NCBI RefSeq assembly: GCF_963853765.1
Contig: NC_088855.1
Coordinates: forward strand, 11,284,001-11,348,000
From: Magallana gigas
Lineage: Eukaryota
Length of the DNA stretch: 64,000 bases
Reading direction: 5' to 3'
The notes under the pieces: generated by a model
The model's database searches: none
What the model was told of the DNA's origin: nothing
Seen by the model: the letters and a program-made list of their open reading frames with translations, nothing else
Shown: piece by piece, positions 37,620-47,982 of the stretch
How the letters are laid out: each line of letters opens with the position of its first letter
Position numbering within the stretch: the first letter of the stretch is position 1
Translations under genes and position numbers: made by a program

Positions 37620-38421
37620 AGCTATACACGCTATAATTTGCGTCAATTTTGAATAAAGGGGAAAATGTATGTGTTTGATTACTAATAAAAGTTACCTTTA
37701 TTCTGTTAATTATAATGCTCAATTCGATCACGTAACAAATAAATCAAATATTAAACAATAAAAAATATTTATTTTCCTGCCAGGAAAGTAATGCCTCCTC
37801 GTGAATATCAATCTATCACGTGATATCGACAGCTAAATTTAGCTTATCATACCAAAACTGGTGAAGGGTCAACATCTTCATAATTGTGATAGTTTCACAA
37901 AGGAAAGGATATTTTCAGTAAAGCATAAATTTGTCCGATATACGAGTACAAACAAAAGAAAAAAATACAAGCCTGTGAGTAGATATGAATACTTCCTTTA
38001 AAAAAATGACGTAGACCTGTGTTTTTCCCCTATGTGCTATTTATAGATCCTATAAGTGTTAATGCAGAAGTAAGGGTATCGTGAATGGCAAGCGTATTTT
38101 ACTCATTATACATGTATGTATTTCAAATAAACAACTGTTAAGCATATTAAAAATCAAGTTGGATATTTAATTAGGCAAACAATAACGACCACCTAGTTCT
38201 CCGCGGACATGCGCAATGTGGTCGGTTTGCTCTTCCTTCATCAATATTCATGAAAAGGTATATTTTCCTGGCAGAAAAATAAACAATTAAAAATCTATAT
38301 CTTTGTAACGAGATGGAATTCATCCTTGTAATTTACAGATTAAGGATAACTTTTATAAGTAGACAAGCACATGCGTTTTCACTGTCATTCAAAATTGACG
38401 CAAATTATAGCGTGTATAGAT
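37620..38421. mobile_element. Non-autonomous Kolobok-like DNA transposon with long imperfect TIRs
   Basis: AGCTATACACGCTATAATTTGCGTCAATTTTGAA.. and ..TTCAAAATTGACGCAAATTATAGCGTGTATAGAT, with imperfect inverted similarity extending about 190 bp. TTAA flanks at 37616-37619 and 38422-38425. Confidence 0.75.
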
Positions 38422-39987
38422 TTAAAGCTAAGCTTTTAATGATTGAGTCCATTTAGTGCCGAGTATAGGACTACCTTAAAGGGCAATGTACGTGTAAGTG
38501 CATTGCCTCAGCGGAAGCAATGATTTAAGTTACACTGGAAAGTCCGAATATGTTAGGGGAAAACAGTTAATTTTACAAAATAATTAATTTGAAAGCAATT
38601 TTTTATATGCACTTTATTGTTTTCTTTTTTTTAAGATGAATACATCTGTGTCTCTGTCACTTTATATTCCTATACAGAGTCTTAATTATTTGATCTATTC
38701 TATGTCGGAAAGAACGATAATGATCTTGACCATACCTAAATAAAATACAGTACACAGTAAATATACTCCCCTTTTTGAATTCGCTCTCGTTGTCCGTGGG
38801 CAAAGCGAAAACACGGGGGGGGGGGGGGTCAACACTGTATACACTAAAATGATTCAATCAAATGTTAATGATACATTCATTTGTTAATATTGTCTGTTTG
38901 TTTGTTTGAAAATTTCCTTACTCTTTCAATAAACAAAAGTAGAATATTCTTTCCTTACAGCTGTGATTAAATGTACATTCTTCCTCATTTAATCTAAACA
39001 AAACCAATAAATTATAATACTGCGCATTTCAGACAACAGTTTTAAATACATGTACATGTAGTGTTGAAAGAAAAAGTATGAATATTTAAAGAAGAGATAT
39101 AAAAAAAAATGATACCAATTAAACTAGCTCTATAGTGAGCTATTTTAAAAAATCCCATTTTCGACCGACATATACGGTACGGTGTATTATTAATTACAAA
39201 ACAAAAAGGAAAGTCTGTCCCGATTTTCAGAATATATACAATAAGTGAGGCTCCACTGTATAATGTTGAAAAGTGGTGGGGGTATCCATGCCCTAAATGA
39301 TCTTTTGTAAAGTCGAGTTTTGAAACGAATACATTGTGTTACTTAATCGATAACTTAAGACACTTATTTATTTTCAAGAAAAATATTTGTAAATCATGTC
39401 CACCCGAGCATTTCTAACCCATGCACTTGCAGTTTTTGAAAAGGGACGTATATACAAAATGTCCTTAATATCAAATAAACAATATTATTACTTTCGTATG
39501 CAACAATAAATTTCAACTTTATGTCATTTTCTTGTTAAAATTTTCCTGCATTTTGGTATTGTAGTTTTTTAAAATATATATATGTAGTTAATGGTTCGTA
39601 CAATGCTTTCCTGGTGAGTTCGGCGTACTTGTGTCTTGGATTTAATTGCTTACATAAACATCGGTATAAGAAGATATGGGTAAGATTCTTTCATAAAATT
39701 AGTATTACTGAAATTATTATTTTTTTTTTTGGCTTTTCATGCATGTCAAAAGAGAATGGCAAAGATCTATAGTAAAAATGATGTTTTAAGACGGCAAGCC
39801 TTAAGGGTTTATTGTGAAATTTTCCGATTTTAAATTTGTTTTAATTTTAAGCTTTTAATAAAAACGGTTTCAATTATAGAACTTACAGAGGGCAGGTGTT
39901 TGTGTTTAGATGATTACGATACACTGTAATAAAAAAACCACATGCTAATTATGTATTTTGACTGGATTTTTTTTTAATTTTATTGAT

Positions 39988-41538
39988 ATAAAAGACGAAG
40001 TAAAGAGGATACTTTCTTACATCATCAACTTTTTATTGCTGAGACCACTCAGTTTTGGTAACCCTGCTGAAGAAGGAAATTCAGACGGAAGTATGTCATT
40101 GACAGTCTCCATCGCCTGTGGTTTTGCAACTATACTTATCATGATTGTATATTCGTTAGTTGCAGTGGAGAACTCTACCGTCTCTTCTTTACGAGAAACT
40201 CTAGCACCAGCAGTGGTTGCGGGAACAGTTGCTTTAGCCTTCGTTTTGATCCTCTTCGTCGTCTGTCGGTCAAATAATGCCTTAAGACGTCGGCAACAAT
40301 TAAAAAACAAATGCGTCGAACTAGAGATCAAGTTTCTGTGGTTTGTTGGGTTAGGGGTGCTTTTGTTTTCCGGAAAAAATTTGGCCATTAAATTTGAGTG
40401 CGTGAAAAAAAGTCCAGTACTTAACGAGATTACAAGCATAATGTCATCACTTCTGAAGATAGTGTTCATGTTGATCCAATTGAGTCTGATTACGTATTTA
40501 AGAAATTCTCAACTTCTTGGTGGATTGTTAGTCAATTACTTAACTGGAGGATTGCTTTTAGCAAACACTAGTGTATGGATCTTTTTCATAGCGAGGGAAA
40601 TAAGTTATATTTATACTTTTCGGAATGATACATCACCAGAATCCAATTCATCAACATGGGAAGATTGCTTCTGGCATTCAGAAACGCAAAAAACATTCCA
40701 AAAATTTAATTCGTTTTTTCTCAGTGTTAGCATGCTGTTCTTTTTGTTATCATCAATGTTTCTTGTTCGTCTGTGGCCCTCAATACAAACTACATCACAA
40801 ATAAGAAACCGCTACACAGTCAATGAAGAAGACGAATTGTCAACTGCAAGTATTCCACAACAAGAGAACACAAGTTGTCGAGGTAACCAAATCCGTAGGA
40901 TAGTTCGAATCGTATCCTTTTCTGTCGGGCTTCTGATGGGATGTCCGTTTTTTACGATGGCTCTTCTAATGAGATACGTGCCTGATGATGTCGGTACCGT
41001 TAAAGTTTACTGGAATATGTTGAGTATTTTTTGCCTCATTGTTATGATACTCATCATCCTTGCTGGAATCCAAAACTTGAATTTAGGTTGTATCGAAAGA
41101 ATCCCTTTTGCCACATGGGACGTAGTTTTCATGTTTGGAATGGCGGGGTATGTTGTTATATTCATAATTGGAGGTGCTTCGGTCTTCGTTTGTCAAGTGG
41201 AGGGATCAAGTACAATTTTCACCAAAAACGCCTTAGGGTTAATCGTGACATATTATCACTCTGTCTATATTATAGTTGCTCGACGCACGGCACAGTCCGA
41301 GTTTAGAGAATCGACAACAAACCTCTTCATTCACATTATTCTGTTTTGTTTATTTCTTGGACGTTGGACTCTGCAAACCTTCCTCCTTAGTTTTAATGGA
41401 ATATACATACTGAAGGAAGGCGAAGATTGTTTGTTTCGCTCCCAAGAATATTGGCGCATGACGCAGTATTTCCTCATACCTTTGAATGCGTTTTACGATT
41501 TCCAATCATTTGTATTTTATTATGGTAAAATATGGTAA
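39988..41538 (+). CDS. Otopetrin-like protein, copy H (derived FYD type; ancestral start codon lost, first ATG at 40093)
   Basis: The frame is open from 39958 with no stops. The position homologous to the copy F ATG reads ATA (39988-39990), and the first in-frame ATG is at 40093. It ends PLNAFYDFQSFVFYYGKIW. Confidence 0.82.
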   Translation: MKDEVKRILSYIINFLLLRPLSFGNPAEEGNSDGSMSLTVSIACGFATILIMIVYSLVAVENSTVSSLRETLAPAVVAGTVALAFVLILFVVCRSNNALRRRQQLKNKCVELEIKFLWFVGLGVLLFSGKNLAIKFECVKKSPVLNEITSIMSSLLKIVFMLIQLSLITYLRNSQLLGGLLVNYLTGGLLLANTSVWIFFIAREISYIYTFRNDTSPESNSSTWEDCFWHSETQKTFQKFNSFFLSVSMLFFLLSSMFLVRLWPSIQTTSQIRNRYTVNEEDELSTASIPQQENTSCRGNQIRRIVRIVSFSVGLLMGCPFFTMALLMRYVPDDVGTVKVYWNMLSIFCLIVMILIILAGIQNLNLGCIERIPFATWDVVFMFGMAGYVVIFIIGGASVFVCQVEGSSTIFTKNALGLIVTYYHSVYIIVARRTAQSEFRESTTNLFIHIILFCLFLGRWTLQTFLLSFNGIYILKEGEDCLFRSQEYWRMTQYFLIPLNAFYDFQSFVFYYGKIW

Positions 41539-42289
41539 AACTCTCTTCTGGTACATATAAATGATTCCAATTGTTAATTTTTTAATTTGATTTCATATGA
41601 GCGTTGAATGTAGAGCATGCTTTATGTGGTATGTCCATGTATGCTGACATCGTTTTTCAAACGTTGGGGAAGGGGGAAGGGGTAGAGTTACCAAACAACC
41701 TACCTAATCCTTTACCAATCACTAACTCACTCAAAATCTTAATCTGTTTGGAAAGAAGATGGGGCAATGTACTGGATCTTAAACCTATTTAAGTGAAAGG
41801 CCTTGGGCCAGTTCGTTGTAAAAATATTTATTTTTCTATGTATATGTGTTTATTAGAAAAAAAGGTTGCCTACTCCACCCACACCACCCACCCCAACCCC
41901 TGGTTGGTACGTTCCCTGTATATAATACTACGATCCAAATGCCCACAGTTTAGAAATATGACACCATAAAGTTAACCGTTTCCCGCCATTTTCGAATTCT
42001 TAGCATAAATCGGCTTGCTTGTTAAAAATAAATTACTAAGTACCCCTCCTCCGTCACGGATTAGAATTTTCAAGATTTTGGGAAGTCCCCCTCCCCCTTT
42101 TTTTGCTAGCCTAGATTTTTTTAATGAGTCTATATATTATATCAACAAGTACATGCAAGTATAACTGTTGAAACCCGTTTATCTCTGCTAAACACCAATT
42201 TTGAAAAAAAAAATAATGACTGGTTAGAAAATTGTTTAACCCAATCAAACTGAATGTATGGCATTTCTAATAAAATTAACAGGCCTTTT

Positions 42290-43000
42290 CATCGATCCCT
42301 GGCTTACATGTATATTTAATAATGTTCACCTCAAAGAAGTTGAATCGCACAAACATCTTGGTGTAATTTCTAGCAGTAACCTATCGTGGAACCTACAGAT
42401 TGCTGTAGCCGTTCCAACTAAATGCTACATGTATCAAAAACGTACACAAGATTGAGACAAATGCACACACGAACTGCTTACAAAAAAATATGCTTTTCTT
42501 CTATTAGATCAGCCTTAGAATATGCTCATGTTTTTAATAATATACCGGAATAAAATCTCTAAAATGTAACACATAATATAGGAAGTAATAATTCTACACA
42601 ATATACGCTTCAACAAAACTATTTTATGAGTTTTAAATTTTCTTTCAAATACATATACAACGAGGCTCTGAAATACATATACATTACCGAAAGAAATACA
42701 AAACAACTTTTCTTTAAGAAATAAAAAAAAATATATCTAAATCGTAACAATATAAAAATTCCCCATTACTATAATTTTAGATCCAGAATAGGACAAATTT
42801 CTGTAAAGTGTAGTACCCTCAAACTTTATTTGTTCCGCAGAAACCTTTGTCCCTCCCCATTTTGTACCTGTGGTTCAATAAAAAGTAATAACCATTATCT
42901 TGTCAAAATTCCAATGAAATACGTAGTTTTACAATTAGCAAACTTCCAGACCCAACTAATGTCAACTTACATGTACTTCTCTTTGGGTGCTCCAATCTTA
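42290..43000 (+). mobile_element. Degenerate CR1/L2-type LINE 3' fragment
   Basis: Fragments NNVHLKEVESHKHLGVISSSNLSWN, RSALEYA and RRNLCPSPFCTCGS..NHY are typical of the RT thumb and C-terminus of CR1-group LINEs. The frames are broken. Confidence 0.65.
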
Positions 43001-44187
43001 GCAATAATTATAATCGATCTATCTTTATTTGTTTAAAAAGAATATCATCGAGAGGCAATTCAATTCAATTTATTTATTCTCTCAAACCATTATCATACAA
43101 TGGTACATGAGGTACAATAACATATTTACATTAAATTGTGATGTCAAGGGTCTAATAAATTATATATAAATTATAATACAACATAGTATTACATGTGTTA
43201 GTAAGCATAATTAAGTAAGAGAAAAAAAAATAGTAATAATACAAAAAGTGGTAGAAAAAAAAAAAAATAGATCATCATATAAAAATTTAATACAATGTTT
43301 CATTGGTGTTCAATACGCGGAGAGTAATAATAATAATAAATGCTAATATAGTTTAGGCTGGACAGCAGAATTGCTCTTGGATATTCAATATAAAAGAGCT
43401 TAATTTTTTCAATGTTTTGATGTTCGTTGTCATCAGCAGTTCCCTAAATTTTAATGTACTTGGTTTTTGAAAATACTTGGTACATAGAAATTGCTTACGT
43501 AAAGTTAAAAAAAAATTTACATTCAAGAATAAAATGGTATTCGTCCGCTAATTTACCACTATTACAGAGTGTGCAGCTTCTGTCATTTACAGGAATTCCA
43601 TACCATCTACCGGTTTCAATCGGTAAACGGTGATTTGCTGTTCTGAATTTAATAAGTGGTTTCCAAAATTTTTTAGTAAGAATGCCTAAGTATTTTTCAA
43701 AACCAAACTTTTGTTTATAAATTTTATATATTTGACCTTTAGATGAATTATCTATATCTTTTGCCCATTTCTGAATGAACTGGTCCTGCAGTCTTTGTTT
43801 GATGGCGGCAGAAATCCACTTATCATTAACTATTGCAGTACATTGTTCTGTCCAGATATTAGAGAACCCACATGAGTCTAAGATATGTCGTATAAAATCA
43901 GTCCATGGATTTACACAGTCATTATTATACATATATTGGTTTGCTAAATATTTGTAAACAGTAAACACAATCTTATTGTCTTGACCTTGGATCATTTTTG
44001 TCCAATAAGAAATCATTCGAGAATATACAGTTACGTATAAAGGATAACGACCTGATTCACCATAGACCATATACGATGGAGTACTACTTTTCATACATAG
44101 AATATATTTTTAAAATTTCAAATGGATTTTTTCAATAATATCTATATTCTCGTAACCCCAGATTTCACAAGCATAGAGCAAAACCGG

Positions 44188-47100
44188 TGTAACGAAGAAT
44201 ATTGACCCGGGTTGAAAATTGACCCGGGGGTCATTTTTCAACGTTGAATATTGACCCCGGGGGTCATTTTTCAACGTTGAAAATTGAGACCAAAATCGTG
44301 AAATTTATACCCGGGGTCATTTTTCAACGGTTTGAGAAAGATTTTTCTAAACTCTATTGACCACGACACGTTGAAAATTGATCCTGTTGAGAATTGACCC
44401 CAACTTCAAAGTGTTGATCTAAACTGGAACTTACTCTACACGGTTTAAATGTAAAATCATGCACATGTTTGAAAGTTTCAGTTTTAAAATTTTTATACTG
44501 TCCGATGCATATGCGGACGTGGCTGATTTATTTTAGGTTTATATGTCTGATTAATCATTTAAATTTGATACTGAAAATATAATATTCATTTATTAATACA
44601 ATACTCTGAAATAAAGCTAAGAAGATGACCGTTTGTTTCGAAATGGAACGGGCGAGTCAGGCTATAATTATTTTTGACAGAATCGATTTTTATTCCCTCA
44701 TGTGACAGAATTTAAAGTTTAAACTTGTCATAATCTCTGATAAATATATCTAACGAATATTGACTCTTATCGTTACTTTTAACTAAAGGCAATTCAACCA
44801 AAAGCTTTATTCGACAGGCACCTGACATTGTATATTTTTCTAATAATTAAAAACTATAACCTCTCTACTGTTATATTAAGTAACGGGTATATATATATTT
44901 ATATTAAGACAAAAAGATATAACGTCAGGTACCTGTGCTTAATTTGAAGAAGTCAGAATATTTCCCTGTCAAAATAATAAATGAATGGTTGTCATATTTT
45001 TATCCAACAAGTCGTCAACAGTTTTTATTCATTTTATACGACTTAACAATAGTTTTTCATAAACTTGCCAGATAAACTATTTTTGATGCACCGGCCAACT
45101 TTCTGCATGTGCAAAGTCATAGTTTAAACAAAAAAATACAATTCATCTCTATTATTTTAAGTTTTCAATTCCATTGTTTACCTGTAAATTAGAAACACAG
45201 GCAACTGACGTTATATATTTTCTCATAATTAAAAACAAATTCCCTCTACACTAAAAATGTAAACATGCGATTTAAAAAAGTAGGCTTACATCTACATGTA
45301 CAGTCAGAGGATGGTTGATCTAAACATATTAATGGTACATATGAAAAGGCATGCAAAAAGTTGAATAGATAAAGAGTTCTCAAGGATTTTTTAAATGATG
45401 AGTGTCGATGTTTATACTGTGGGTCTGAATCTGAAGGAAATGTGATTTTTTTCTTGGATGTCCAAGATACACTCAACAAACAGACGAACTTTTTAAACAA
45501 CTTATTGACATTAGTGTACCTTTTCATATTAGATATATATTTTATGGTAGTTCTGATTTTTCATACAAATAAAATTGTAAAATTGTTTCAAATGTTTATA
45601 GTTACAATGTATATTAGAGCTCCCAAGCGCTTTTGATTCTCTTAAGTTACAATATATACTTAAACATATTTAAGTATTATACATGTTTACTTACTTATTA
45701 TATAGTTCCCTTTTATTTACTGTTCTTTTCAAATGTGCTAGATCATGAAAATCTCATTCTTATGTTTAATTGTATCTCTGCAAGTATAAATGAAGGTGAT
45801 AGGTTTGTTAATGTAGGTGTGAGTGAACATGTCTACCAACAATATGTCTTACAATCATATATGGTAAATGTTCAGATAATTATTCAATATTCAAGTATCC
45901 TTTGTCTTATATACAATTTTAAGAAAACACTTTTTAAATTACTGGGCATTAAAACGTGAAGAGGGCCTAAACTCTGGAAAACTTGATACTTATTTTTTAT
46001 ATAAAGAAAATTTTACAATGGAATCATATATGTTTATCCATTCTCATAATTTAAGAAAAATACTTTGTAGATTCAGAATAAGTGCACATGACTTACGAGT
46101 TGAAAGAGGTAGATATGAATTTACAAAAAATAATACTGGTCAAAGAATTCCTTTAGAAAGAAACAAAAGGACATGTTTATTATGTAACCAAAATTGTGTA
46201 GAAGATGAAAATCACTTTCTTACTGAATGTCTATTATATAAAGAAGAAAGAAATTCATTTTTCCATTATGTCTCAATACTCAACAAAAACTTTATACTTT
46301 TAACAAAGAAAGACAAATTTATCTGGTTAATGTCGAATGAAGACAAAATAATAATTACAAAGTTAAGGGAATTTCTGATCAATGCTTTCAAAAAAAGACA
46401 GAATACTTTGAGATCTAAATGACCGGTGAATTACTTATACAAATCTTGATACTATCTTTATATTTGTATAAATTACCTTTATGACTATATATTATATGCA
46501 CACTGTTCATATGTTTTGACATACTGATGTACATTTGCCCGGCTGTTACAAGTTCATGTATGTGTATGGACTATTTTTATATGCTGAATCTATTATTTAG
46601 GCATTTCTATCTAATATCTGTAATCTTGTATGCCCTCTGGGCCCAAAATTGGAAATAAACTATTATTATTATTATTATTATTATACACAAAATAGCAATA
46701 ATATTCTGTAAACTAGTAATATATATTCTTATGATCACAGATCATTTTATAACACCACTTCTTGACTTTGTATGTTTGAAAGGGTCTACATAGGCTATGT
46801 CTGTTATCCGATCCATTTGAATTTCAATGAAAAACGTTTAAATAAAATCAATAATGTAGGTGCCTGTGATGGGAAGGTAAAACATCTACTCCAACGCTGT
46901 TGTATGATCTTCTACATATTTCTATTCAGAAAATGTAATTTACCAATTTATTGGCGAAAACAATTACTGTTAGTAAATTTATTTTAAATTTTTGTGTTTA
47001 AAGCAATTAAGAAACTATTAAAGCAAAATTATTTGATGGTCATCTTGTACAAAAATTAGGTTGCCAACTTGCTACAGATTCCATGAAGCAGAATAGTTTA

Positions 47101-47982
47101 TGCCTAGAAAAATTAGCGATTTGGTGATATTTAGTTACATCAGAAGTTATCCTAACGGAACAAATAAAACACTAAAATATATCGGCTTTCGAGATATATA
47201 GTTACTACAGCATTGTTCATGAAAGAGTACATGTTAGCGTATCATCATTTTGTAAACTGCTATTGGCTGGATGGGCGTGAATAAAAAATTCAGATAATCA
47301 CAGTTTTAATAAACTCAGTGGGTGCAAAAACAAAACTCAAAATATGAAATACTGTAAATTTTGTATTTACACCCACCCAGAAAAATTGCAATGAACAATA
47401 TCAAAGTTTCAATTTACTGGGTGAATGTAAAACCAAAATTAAACAATGTGACGTATTGTAATTTTCTTAATTATTTATATTTTTACACTTATCCAGCGAG
47501 TTTAAAAAAAGGAGTGTTATTGAATTGAATAGTTTAACGTATAACCATGTATATTCTTAAAAAAAAACATCTTTTTTTAAATATAGATATAACACAAAAC
47601 AGCAATACGCGAACAGTTTATTATGAATAAAAGAGTTATTACACATTAAAAGGGATAATATGTAAATTCGAAAAATAATCATTGAAGTCTCATTGTTGCC
47701 CCCCCCCCCCCCCCCAATTTGAAACGTGAACATGTAAATCTAAAGAATGAATATGTAAAAACTGATAATTTTTAATTAAATAAACTCAAGTTATAAATAT
47801 TGATTCGTTAATTTGTGCTTCTTTGCCGTTAAATTTTGAACCGGTTTCGTGATCAAAATTCAACGATGCGGGTCAATTTTCAACGGATTAGGGTCTTTAT
47901 TCAACACCTTTCGTCTCAATATTCAACGTTGAAAAATGACCCCCGGGTCAATTTTCAACCCGGGTCAAAATTCTTCGTTACA
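44188..47982. mobile_element. Ginger1-like non-autonomous DNA transposon (3.8 kb)
   Basis: Termini TGTAACGAAG.. / ..CTTCGTTACA with about 66-bp TIRs and subterminal GTTGAAAATTGACCC repeats. CCGG duplication at 44184-44187 and 47983-47986. Removing the element restores the LINE codons GTG CCG GTT TTG. TGT..ACA termini with a CG-rich 4-bp duplication are typical of Ginger1. Confidence 0.8.
46018..46684 (+). mobile_element. LINE 3'-terminal fragment nested in the Ginger1-like element
   Basis: ORF CRFRISAHDLRVERGRY..RTCLLC..VEDENHFLTEC, followed by AATAAA and a (TAT)n tail at about 46654-46684. Confidence 0.8.

Noticed and set aside
6992-41538. Alternative interpretation of the array proteins as GPCRs or gustatory receptors
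   Set aside because: About 12 TM segments in two halves and the ordered Q, N, E, E and FYR motifs in copy C fit the otopetrin fold, and no DRY or NPxxY motifs are present.
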